From the IMG/VR virus record IMGVR_UViG_3300032236_000747, positions 186,001 through 250,000 of that record: a stretch of 64,000 nt of DNA, one strand, 5' to 3'. Within the stretch, counting starts at the first letter, position 1; each line of letters opens with the position of its first letter. The translations under genes and the position numbers were made by a program. The notes under the pieces are model-generated. The model saw only the letters and a list, made by a program, of their open reading frames with translations, did not search any database and was not told where the DNA came from. This document shows positions 20,401 to 27,841 of the stretch, in pieces.

Positions 20401-20675
20401 TTGATTTTATTCGTGCCCTACGCCCAGTTAAGTTTGACTGGAATATGCGAGATGGCGCCAAAGTAGGTATACCAGAAGCTGGATTTATTGCTCAAGATCT
20501 TGACGAAGTACAGAAGAAGTTCACAGCAACTGATTATCTAAACTTGATCATCAGCAACGAGGACGGGTCAAGATTGGAAGCAACGCCTGGTAAACTTTTA
20601 CCAGTTCTAGTACAAGCTGTTAAAGAACTAGCAGCCGAAGTAGATAGACTCCGTTTACTAGTAGAGCCACAATAA
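17442..20675 (+). CDS. Cys-rich tail fibre with a C-terminal intramolecular chaperone (peptidase S74)
   Basis: Same repeat type as 14933..17440, and an S74 domain nearly identical to it at the protein level. Confidence 0.85.
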   Translation: MTIAFNIATLLSSTATQTIGTATNSAVSVNLSGGAAGSLPYQSAPNATVFLSVGTNGQVLQLVSGVPTWVNTSTLIAAGAGGGASLNAYCSLIIQGATVGSSTGLNNFAVGCCALFANTTGCNNIALGFNSLNGNTTGSNNIGMGYGSLKNSATGVCNIAIGIQAMFCNCGYNNIAMGQALGSNGVGSINVAIGNFVLSTAGHSGCYNIGIGSNALQNNVSGCSNIALGFASLILNNGGSNNVALGLCALYNNTASNNIAIGSNALVLNTASQFNTAIGIGAAAGHSILLNCSKGCNTAIGYCAYNCVGGYGNTAIGFCAMSTGTGINYNNVALGYKAMSCVGCSASSFGNGYNVGIGYGAMSKSGNQANVGIGYLALNGGPAAIPADLVTNACNVAIGTTAMSCSTASIHNVAIGASALKATKCGCFNVGVGTCAGYGIGSPACLNTFLGAYAGGAGLITGCYNVGIGACSMYAGSFAAGCFNIGIGACTHRFAVSPVNTIAIGQTAMGGSLCTTVDNIAIGSFSMFGCGISSSGACNIAIGLNSMYTNCAGYGNVAIGANTMVGAPFTGYTACLNVAIGHCALNTVTTAISNIAIGATALKSNTSGCYNTAIGLCALYSNTTGLSNVAIGVNTLLGNTYGYNNFAVGPNALRCNITGCNNIAIGYSALYNSTSAFNIAIGCAAMCCNTIGTYNVAIGDGAIQCNSTGKQNVAVGGIAMNSNTSGYGNTAIGYTAMACNTTGANNVGVGRYALYANTTGSNNVGLGVGALCGNITGNANIAIGYDALYQSTGGNCNISLGSFSMQSNTNGSFNVALGYQSLSSNTSGCYNIIMGFNAGYANTAGNYNSAIGYQALNKNTTGSNNVAIGPSALYGNTTGQHNIALGFNTLVTAGYGYYNVAIGCQALYLNTTGCNNVAIGGMAGCTNTTGVNNVFIGCNANGLAATCSNTITLGNSSIATIRAQVTTITALSDCRDKTNICGLPIGLDFIRALRPVKFDWNMRDGAKVGIPEAGFIAQDLDEVQKKFTATDYLNLIISNEDGSRLEATPGKLLPVLVQAVKELAAEVDRLRLLVEPQ

Positions 20676-20688
20676 TTCTTCCAGGCCA

Positions 20689-20717
20689 TTGACTTCTTAT
20701 AATTAACTGTATATATT
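20689..20717 (+). promoter_or_regulatory. sigma70-type promoter of the modification operon
   Basis: TTGACT (20689-94), 17-nt spacer, TATATT (20712-17). GAGGA RBS before the ATG at 20740. Confidence 0.6.
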
Positions 20718-20739
20718 AGTATATCGTTAAGAGGATTCA

Positions 20740-21675
20740 ATGGCTAAAACAATAATCTATATCGACGGCGGCGCCGGTCGTGTTATCGCAGCAATACCTG
20801 CACTACTCAAATTCCACAGATTAAACCCGAACTTAGATTGGGCAATCGTTATCCCTGCTTGGGATTATCTGCTTTGGAGCATTCCAGAACTTCAAGATCG
20901 CGTCTATGGCGCAGATACGAAAGGTATTTGGGACAATGTAATCAAAGACGCAGATGAAATAATGACTCCAGAGCCCTACAGACTACCTGCTTATTTCCGT
21001 CAAGAAATCAGCTTAGTTGAAGGATTTGATCGTGAGATCAATGGTACCAAAGATCACAGCGATCTAGGTGTTCCAAAAATGATTTTCAACAAAACTGAAG
21101 AGAAATGGGCAGTAAACACCATTGCTGATGTCAAGCAACAACAGCAAAAAGCTAAGACTATTGTCATTCAACCATTTGGACGCGGCGCTACATTAGATCG
21201 CAATGACGTCATTGACAGCGCAAGTCGCAGTTTGAGTGCTGATGCGTATATCAGTTTAACTAAAAAACTTGCCGCAAGATATAACATGATCTTCTTTGGC
21301 GAACAACAACTCCAAATCACCACAGATAGTTACACAGTTAAACTACCTCCGCAGACTGATCTGCGTATGTGGGCATCATTGATTAGCTATGCTGATTACT
21401 TTGTTGGTGTTGATAGTGTGGGACAACACATGGCTCGTGCTACAGGTTGTCCAGGAACAGTTATTTTTGGATCAACATTCCCAGTTAACACAAGTTATCC
21501 TGATTATTTCCAGATCATTGAAAGAGCAGGACAAAAGAAATATAGTCCGATTCGTATCACTGGATTAGACAGTGTGTTAGCGGATCGTTACAATGATACA
21601 ATGATGGACTTTGAAGAAAGTGAAATTACTTCAATCTACAATCAAATTGTAGCGGACATTGAGAAAACAAAATAA
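20740..21675 (+). CDS. GT-B glycosyltransferase, GT9 (heptosyltransferase)-like
   Basis: N-terminal DGGAGRVIAAIPAL, middle IVIQPFG, and ADYFVGVDSVGQHMARATGCPGTVIFGST, which matches the GT9 'DSg.mHlA.a.g.p.v.lfG.t' signature. Confidence 0.75.
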   Translation: MAKTIIYIDGGAGRVIAAIPALLKFHRLNPNLDWAIVIPAWDYLLWSIPELQDRVYGADTKGIWDNVIKDADEIMTPEPYRLPAYFRQEISLVEGFDREINGTKDHSDLGVPKMIFNKTEEKWAVNTIADVKQQQQKAKTIVIQPFGRGATLDRNDVIDSASRSLSADAYISLTKKLAARYNMIFFGEQQLQITTDSYTVKLPPQTDLRMWASLISYADYFVGVDSVGQHMARATGCPGTVIFGSTFPVNTSYPDYFQIIERAGQKKYSPIRITGLDSVLADRYNDTMMDFEESEITSIYNQIVADIEKTK

Positions 21676-23357
21676 TGTATAACATACTAGCAATAAACCC
21701 CGGACACAATGGTTCTGCTGCGCTAATATCAGACGGCAACGTTGTGTTCTATGCTGAAGAAGAGCGCCTAAGTCGCATGAAATATGACGGTAATCCATTT
21801 CGTGCTATGCTTACAGTACTAGAAGAAACACACGTAGACGAACTAGTCATTGGCGGTACCAGTCCAGACCTAGTCAAACTTCCGTGGACCTACGAAGATG
21901 CCTATACAGCATTGGTTCGTAAGTTTAATCCTAGTGTAAAAGTTACGAACTTGGGTCATCAACACCACCTGGGACATGCTGCCGCCGCATTTTACAACAG
22001 TGGATTTACTACAGCAGTAGCAGTTATTGCTGACGGTGCTGGCAGTGTGCATCAAGCTAAAATGGGGGAAGATGATAATGCTCCAATGACTTCTGGATTT
22101 GAAACAGAAAGCATTTATAAATGTGCATATCCTGTGACTTTTGATACTGTCTATAAGCGTTACGCAGACGGCAACGCTAGATATTTTGACAATGGTGTAC
22201 AAGAGTTTGATAACTCTGTTACTATTACCAAAGCCTACGAAGCAGTTAGTAACTATCTAGGATTTGGTTTTATTGAAGCAGGTAAGACCATGGGGCTCGC
22301 ACCTTATGGAAAATATGATCCAAATATTCCTAACTTTTTTGTAGAAGGCAAAGGTAACAAAAACTTATTAGAACCTATGTATCCAGCGGGGGCACTAATA
22401 GATGAGAACAGATTTGCTTACCTTCGCAGAACACAAGACCCTAAAGTTTGGCATCATGATTTTAGTAAAGTGCGCGACATAGATAAAAATCTAGCATGGC
22501 ACATACAGCAAGAATCACAAGAGCAAATCGGCGATCTCATAGAACTAGCAGTTCAAAAGACAGGTGAAAAGAATGTAGTTATCGCTGGCGGATATGGTTT
22601 AAACTGTGTTGCTAACTATTACTACCTCAAACGTTTCCCCGATCTAAATATCTATGTAGATCCAGTTAGTCACGATGGCGGAACTGCCCTAGGCCTAGCA
22701 TTGTTAGCTTGGCACCTATACAGTAATAGTAGTGTTCCTAATCCTCTTACTTCTTTGTATCTAGGTATTGATCCTGATTTAACTGAAATCAATACAGCTG
22801 AATTTAAGGTGCAGGACGTTACCGCAGACGACATAGCAGAACTATTAGTAAATCAAAATATTGTTGCTATGTTTAATGGTCGTGCAGAAGCAGGTCCTAG
22901 AGCATTAGGTAATCGTAGTATCATGTTTGATCCACGTAGACCAGACGGCAAAGACTTTGTCAACAAGGTTAAAGGTCGTGAATGGTTCCGCCCATTTGCT
23001 GGATCGGTATTAGAAGAACACGCAGACAAATGGTTCGAGATGCGAGGGCTAAAATCTAGTCCGTTTATGATGTATGCTATCAATGTGTTGCCTGAAAAAC
23101 TCGGAGAGATTCCTGCGGTTACACACGTAGACGGTACATGCCGTGTTCAGACAGTTAGTAAAACTGACAACGAAGCATATTACAACTTAATCAATGCGTT
23201 TTATAAAAAGACAGGTGTACCGATGGTGTTCAATACTAGTTTTAATCTAGCAGGCGATCCTCTAGTAGAAACAGTTGACGACGCTATTGACACACTTCGC
23301 CGCTCGGATATAAAATATCTATATCTACCTGCGTTAAACAAACTAATATCAAAATAA
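21675..23357 (+). CDS. O-carbamoyltransferase, NodU/CmcH/TobZ family
   Basis: GHNGSAAL, EEERLSR.K, HHLGHAA, DGAG, GKTMGLAPYG, GGYGLNCVAN, GRAEAGPRALGNRS, KGREWFRPFA, HVDGTCRVQTV and NTSFN motifs. Confidence 0.95.
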   Translation: MYNILAINPGHNGSAALISDGNVVFYAEEERLSRMKYDGNPFRAMLTVLEETHVDELVIGGTSPDLVKLPWTYEDAYTALVRKFNPSVKVTNLGHQHHLGHAAAAFYNSGFTTAVAVIADGAGSVHQAKMGEDDNAPMTSGFETESIYKCAYPVTFDTVYKRYADGNARYFDNGVQEFDNSVTITKAYEAVSNYLGFGFIEAGKTMGLAPYGKYDPNIPNFFVEGKGNKNLLEPMYPAGALIDENRFAYLRRTQDPKVWHHDFSKVRDIDKNLAWHIQQESQEQIGDLIELAVQKTGEKNVVIAGGYGLNCVANYYYLKRFPDLNIYVDPVSHDGGTALGLALLAWHLYSNSSVPNPLTSLYLGIDPDLTEINTAEFKVQDVTADDIAELLVNQNIVAMFNGRAEAGPRALGNRSIMFDPRRPDGKDFVNKVKGREWFRPFAGSVLEEHADKWFEMRGLKSSPFMMYAINVLPEKLGEIPAVTHVDGTCRVQTVSKTDNEAYYNLINAFYKKTGVPMVFNTSFNLAGDPLVETVDDAIDTLRRSDIKYLYLPALNKLISK

Positions 23358-24176
23358 ATGCAACAACAATACTATTTTATATCAGGATTGCCGAGAAGTG
23401 GATCGACATTATTAACATCTATTTTAAAGCAAAATCCAAAGTTCACTGCGCAAATCAGTGATCCGTTACATGATTATGCTAGAAATATTTTAACAACAAC
23501 TCATGCGAGTGTAGGTATGGAAGCAGCAGTACCTATTCCTAAGAGACAACATCTTATTAAAGGTTTGTTTAACTCGTTTTATGAAGATGGCAACGAAGTT
23601 TGTTTTAATACAAACAGGGCCTGGACTGCTAATACTACTTTATTAAAAGACCTCTTTCCTTATACAAAGATTATTATTTGTATTAGGGATATTCCTTGGA
23701 TTTTAGATAGCTTCGAACAACTAAATGCTAAAAATCCGTATACCATTAAAGCATTGTATCACCACCAAGACCTTGGCACAGTTTATCATAGATGCGCTTC
23801 TTTAATGGATCCTAATAATGGTTATGTAGCAGGACCAATGACTTGTTTAAAACAAGCGTTGTTCAGTAATGAAAAAGAAATGTTGTGTATTGTTGACTAT
23901 GATGCCCTGGCTAAAAATCCAGAAGAGACAATGCGTAAAGTTTACAGCTTTATTAATCAACCATATTACAATCACGATTTTAACAATGTAGAAGATAGCT
24001 ATGATGAGTTTGACGAACAAACAAACATCAAGGGATTGCATACAGTACGCAAACAGGTGGAATACCGCCAAAGAAAACCAATCATACCTTCAGACCTGTG
24101 GCAACAAAATGTTGCTCAAAGTTTTTGGAAGTTTGATTTTGATCATATAAAGAGACAAATGTTATGGATAGAATAA
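23358..24176 (+). CDS. PAPS-dependent sulfotransferase
   Basis: 5'-PSB loop SGLPRSGSTLL, 3'-PB motif IRD...ILDS, and YDALAKNPEETMRKVYSFI. Confidence 0.9.
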   Translation: MQQQYYFISGLPRSGSTLLTSILKQNPKFTAQISDPLHDYARNILTTTHASVGMEAAVPIPKRQHLIKGLFNSFYEDGNEVCFNTNRAWTANTTLLKDLFPYTKIIICIRDIPWILDSFEQLNAKNPYTIKALYHHQDLGTVYHRCASLMDPNNGYVAGPMTCLKQALFSNEKEMLCIVDYDALAKNPEETMRKVYSFINQPYYNHDFNNVEDSYDEFDEQTNIKGLHTVRKQVEYRQRKPIIPSDLWQQNVAQSFWKFDFDHIKRQMLWIE

Positions 24177-24970
24177 GTAGAAAATTTAATAAACAACTGC
24201 AGGAACCACCTGCACCACAACAACAAGCACCCCAGCAACAACCACGCAGAGTACTAGTTGGTACTCCTTGTTATGATGGAAGGATTGAAGTTTGGTATGC
24301 AAATAGCCTTATACAAACTATTAGAGCAGGTCTGCAACTAGGTGTTGAAATTTTACCTATATGGTTAAGCTACGATGCTCTTATCCAACGAGCACGCAAC
24401 GACTTAATGGGTATTATGCATGAAACCGGGTTTGATGATATTGTTTTTATCGACAGCGATATAGAGTGGGCTCCCGAAGACTTCTTTAAACTACTAAATT
24501 ATCCAGTTGATGTAGTAGGCGGAACTTATCCCAAGAAAGGGGATATGGAACAATATGTGGCAAAAATTCTAGACCCTCAACGACAAAGAGATCCTAACAC
24601 AGGTTTATTACAAGTAGACGGTTTAGGCACTGGATTTTTACGTATGAGCAAGCGTGCTGTAGACTATCTATGGGATGTAAGCACACCATATGAAGAAAAA
24701 GACCAAGGAAAGGTCCGTCGTTGGATCTTTGATGTAGAGATTCAAAACGGGGAAATCTTTAGCGAAGATATACTAGTATGTCAAAAACTAAACAACGCAG
24801 GACTCAACGTATGGTTAGATCCTACTATTACTTGTGCTCACATCGGAACAAAAAGATATCAAGGAAACTTCGAAGCATGGTTTGGCAAATTACAAACAGG
24901 ACAACCTGCAGTTCCGTCAGGGTATGGCTTAACAGGAACTCCACCTGATATTAAATCACTTTACGAATAA
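24164..24970 (+). CDS. GT-A fold glycosyltransferase-like protein
   Basis: VLVGTPCY, LIQRARN, FIDSDI (DxD), GTGFLRM, SEDILVC and CAHIG motifs. Confidence 0.75.
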   Translation: MDRISRKFNKQLQEPPAPQQQAPQQQPRRVLVGTPCYDGRIEVWYANSLIQTIRAGLQLGVEILPIWLSYDALIQRARNDLMGIMHETGFDDIVFIDSDIEWAPEDFFKLLNYPVDVVGGTYPKKGDMEQYVAKILDPQRQRDPNTGLLQVDGLGTGFLRMSKRAVDYLWDVSTPYEEKDQGKVRRWIFDVEIQNGEIFSEDILVCQKLNNAGLNVWLDPTITCAHIGTKRYQGNFEAWFGKLQTGQPAVPSGYGLTGTPPDIKSLYE

Positions 24971-24972
24971 CT

Positions 24973-25620
24973 ATGGCAAGATTTAGTGTAGATAAAAACA
25001 TGGCCACTAACGCACCAGTGGCTCAACCAACGCTAGGGGTATACACTCCTTTACAAATGCCTGCTACATTTGACAAATATACCATTGCATTAGATAGAGA
25101 TGGTGTGCTAGTTGAATGTGCCGATGCTATTACAGGCCCGGAAACATTTAAACCTATTGACGGATCTTTTAGAGCAGTAGCTTTAATAAGAAGCAAAGGT
25201 CACAAAATTGTTGTGTTATTTGATCAACCAGGCGTAATACAACGAAAAGTTACAGTTGAACAAGTTGAAGATTGTAATCGTCATATGTTAAATCTATTAG
25301 GTCAAGCAGGTTGTACAAGTATCGACGGAATTTGGTATAATACAAGTAGTCGCAAAGACGACGCATATGCCAAACCTAACACAGGTTTATTTAAACATGC
25401 TGAAGCAAACAGTCCAGGTGTAAAACTTTCTGGAGGCGTGTATGTCGGTGATACCATTGACGATCTAGTAATGGCAGATAAAGCAGGGGCAACTCCTGTA
25501 TTAGTCCTTACTGGCAAAGGAAAAAAGACAGCAGAAATGTTAAAGAAGCCTATCTATCGTATGTTAGAACCCAAAGTTAAGATATTTGATAATCTATTAC
25601 AATACGCGGAGAGCCTATGA
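24973..25620 (+). CDS. GmhB-like HAD phosphatase (heptose-bisphosphate/histidinol-phosphate phosphatase family)
   Basis: LDRDGVL, DQPGV, KPNTG, VGDTIDDL and VLTGKG motifs. Confidence 0.85.
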   Translation: MARFSVDKNMATNAPVAQPTLGVYTPLQMPATFDKYTIALDRDGVLVECADAITGPETFKPIDGSFRAVALIRSKGHKIVVLFDQPGVIQRKVTVEQVEDCNRHMLNLLGQAGCTSIDGIWYNTSSRKDDAYAKPNTGLFKHAEANSPGVKLSGGVYVGDTIDDLVMADKAGATPVLVLTGKGKKTAEMLKKPIYRMLEPKVKIFDNLLQYAESL

Positions 25621-26531
25621 AACCGTTAGGCGGCAGTGAGTTAATGTATTACACAGTTGACAAACTGTTAAAACCGGGTTGGCAAGACAAAGTTAATCTC
25701 ATACTAAGTTTTTGCGATCATCAATATATCGATTCTACCAAGAAAAATGTAGTATGGCAACAACTTAATACAAATGAAGAAACTGTTGCTGCCATGTCTG
25801 ATCCTACGTTTATTGAAAAAGTAGACGCATTTGTTTGGGTCAGTTATTGGCAATATGAAAAGTTTAGAAAAGAGTTTAATGTTCCTGCATATAAAAGCAT
25901 AGTTATACGAAATGCTACTCAACCATGCCAGTGGATACCTAGAGAACGGGGAAAGTTTAAACTAGTGTACTCTTCAACTCCGTGGAGAGGTCTTGATATT
26001 TTAATCAAGGCTATTAGAATATTAAATAGACCCGACATCGAACTTGATGTATTTTCAAGTACAAAAATATATGGCCCTGCTTTTGAAAAACAAACGGAAG
26101 GCCAGTTTGATTGGTTGTGGGAAGAATGTAGGAAAACTCCTGGAGTAAACTATCATGGATATCAGCCCAACGATGTAGTCCGTGAAACAGTTAAAAAGGC
26201 ACATATAATGGCCTATCCTAACACCTTCGAAGAAACAAGCTGTATAGCTGCTATAGAAGCGTTAACGGCGGGTTGTAAGATGCTTACTACCGGTTACGGT
26301 GCACTACCAGAGACATGTGCTGGTTGGGCAGATTATGTACCCTATGGTCCTAATAGAGACGTTCTAGCCGAACGGTTTGCGTATGCTCTTAACAACACAC
26401 TCAACGAATATTGGACAAACAGTACACAAGAGCTGTTAAAAAGACAAAATGAATACTACAATGGATTTTATTCATGGAATACTCGTATGCCTGAATGGCA
26501 AAGTTTAATAGATAAGTTATCAAAGGGCTAA
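25617..26531 (+). CDS. GT-B glycosyltransferase, GT4-like
   Basis: N-terminal GGSE, YSSTPWRGLDIL, and the E-x7-E motif within FEETSCIAAIEA, followed by GALPET. Confidence 0.85.
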   Translation: MKPLGGSELMYYTVDKLLKPGWQDKVNLILSFCDHQYIDSTKKNVVWQQLNTNEETVAAMSDPTFIEKVDAFVWVSYWQYEKFRKEFNVPAYKSIVIRNATQPCQWIPRERGKFKLVYSSTPWRGLDILIKAIRILNRPDIELDVFSSTKIYGPAFEKQTEGQFDWLWEECRKTPGVNYHGYQPNDVVRETVKKAHIMAYPNTFEETSCIAAIEALTAGCKMLTTGYGALPETCAGWADYVPYGPNRDVLAERFAYALNNTLNEYWTNSTQELLKRQNEYYNGFYSWNTRMPEWQSLIDKLSKG

Positions 26532-26532
26532 A

Positions 26533-26898
26533 ATGACTAAAAAATTTGATTGGAAGAAAGAGACTGTACAGATGTTAGGTCGCTGGCAACCATGGCATGC
26601 TGGACATAGAAAGTTATTTGACCGTGCTATTTCTAAAACTGGCCAAGTATGTATTATGATTCGTGATTGTGAAGGATGGAATGATAGCAATCCTTTTAAA
26701 AAAGAAGAAGTAGAAAACTTTATTCATGCAGATTTAAAGGAAACTTACGAAGGACAGTACTGCATTTTATTTGTACCTAACATTACAAATATCACTTATG
26801 GCCGTAATGTTGGTTATAAAATTGAAAACGAAGTTTTTGACGAAGACACACATGCAATCTCGGCAACAGAAATTAGAAAATCGATGGGACTCAAATGA
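26533..26898 (+). CDS. Small HxGH nucleotidyltransferase (cytidylyltransferase-like fold)
   Basis: GRWQPWHAGH and a C-terminal ISATEIR motif; 121 aa. Confidence 0.8.
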   Translation: MTKKFDWKKETVQMLGRWQPWHAGHRKLFDRAISKTGQVCIMIRDCEGWNDSNPFKKEEVENFIHADLKETYEGQYCILFVPNITNITYGRNVGYKIENEVFDEDTHAISATEIRKSMGLK

Positions 26899-27515
26899 CC
26901 AAAAAGATATTAGTAATGGGACTTCCAGGCGCAGGCAAGACTACATTTACGCAAGAACTTGTTAAAAAACTAATGCTAACACATACTGTTAGTTGGTTTA
27001 ACGCAGACAGTGTACGTGAACAGTTTAACGATTGGGATTTTAGTCCAGAAGGTCGAAAAAGACAAGTAGAGCGTATGAGTAAAATGGCCAATGATGCTAC
27101 TGCTGATTATGCTATCTGCGATTTTGTATGCCCTACAGATGAACTAAGGTCTATATTCAACGCCGATGTTGTTATATGGTTAGATACTATCAAGGAAGGT
27201 AGATTTGAAGATACTAACAAGGCATTTGTTGCTCCTACAAAATATGATTTTAGGATCACTGATTGGAGCGATACATGGGTTAAAAGTGTAGCAGCAAGTT
27301 TAACTAAACCTGCAAGCGAAAGTCATTTACGCAGCATTGCTAAGGCTGTGAGCTGGAGAACACTAGGTACTGTTGATACTTTTATATTAAGTTTTATTAT
27401 CACAGGTCAGGCAAAACTTGCTCTAGCGATTAGCGGAGTTGAAATCTTTACCAAAATATTCTTATTTTGGGGACACGAACGCATTTGGCATAAGGTCAAA
27501 TGGGGAAAACAATAA
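26895..27515 (+). CDS. Adenylyl-sulfate (APS) kinase-like protein fused to a DUF2061-like membrane domain
   Basis: P-loop GLPGAGKTT, then NADSVR, DFSPEGR.RQ and FVCPT. The C-terminus RSIAKAVSWRTLGTVDT...HERIW is typical of DUF2061. Confidence 0.75.
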   Translation: MTKKILVMGLPGAGKTTFTQELVKKLMLTHTVSWFNADSVREQFNDWDFSPEGRKRQVERMSKMANDATADYAICDFVCPTDELRSIFNADVVIWLDTIKEGRFEDTNKAFVAPTKYDFRITDWSDTWVKSVAASLTKPASESHLRSIAKAVSWRTLGTVDTFILSFIITGQAKLALAISGVEIFTKIFLFWGHERIWHKVKWGKQ

Positions 27516-27538
27516 ATACTAGCATAAAGGAGTCAAAT

Positions 27539-27841
27539 ATGACACAAATTACATTAAACACACCAGTAGAAGTATCGCCAGCGGTTGCTGCTGTAACTTC
27601 AAATCAAGTTACCGTACTAGAAGTTAGAGAAAACTTTGGTTGGGACTATGATCCAGCTCAACCAGGCGGATTCTTCGGACCAGGTCGTCCTCAATCAGTT
27701 GAAGTTACTGTTTTGCTAGACAAAGAACGTAATATTCAACGTACCTTGGTAGCATGGGAAGGCGAAGCTTATGTAGCAGTTCGCGGAACATGGACTGACG
27801 CAGATCTAGCTGCTCGTATTGCTACTATTCTCGGTGCTTAA
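27539..27841 (+). CDS. Hypothetical late protein (100 aa)
   Basis: TAAATA at 27513 and AAGGAG RBS before the ATG at 27539, which is a better start than 27500. Confidence 0.7.
   Translation: MTQITLNTPVEVSPAVAAVTSNQVTVLEVRENFGWDYDPAQPGGFFGPGRPQSVEVTVLLDKERNIQRTLVAWEGEAYVAVRGTWTDADLAARIATILGA

Noticed and set aside
17040-20640. Diversity-generating retroelement (TR/VR pair) suggested by the duplicated fibre C-termini
   Set aside because: Both copies are coding, the differences are mostly synonymous and not adenine-specific, and no reverse transcriptase is present in the window.
4078-20675. Genetic-code reassignment as the cause of the Cys excess
   Set aside because: The Cys residues use ordinary TGT/TGC codons, conserved enzymes in the window use Cys at expected positions (primase Zn site, NCVAN), and genes are full length under the standard code.
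21675-23357. DNA hypermodification (carbamoylation of hydroxymethylcytosine) as the primary role
   Set aside because: Not excluded, but down-weighted. No dCMP hydroxymethylase or thymidylate-synthase homologue is adjacent, and the context is fibre genes and glycan-type enzymes.
20740-27515. Host-derived LPS/capsule island or bacterial contamination
   Set aside because: There are no flippase, polymerase or export genes, composition matches the flanking phage genes, and the operon sits seamlessly between fibre and neck genes.
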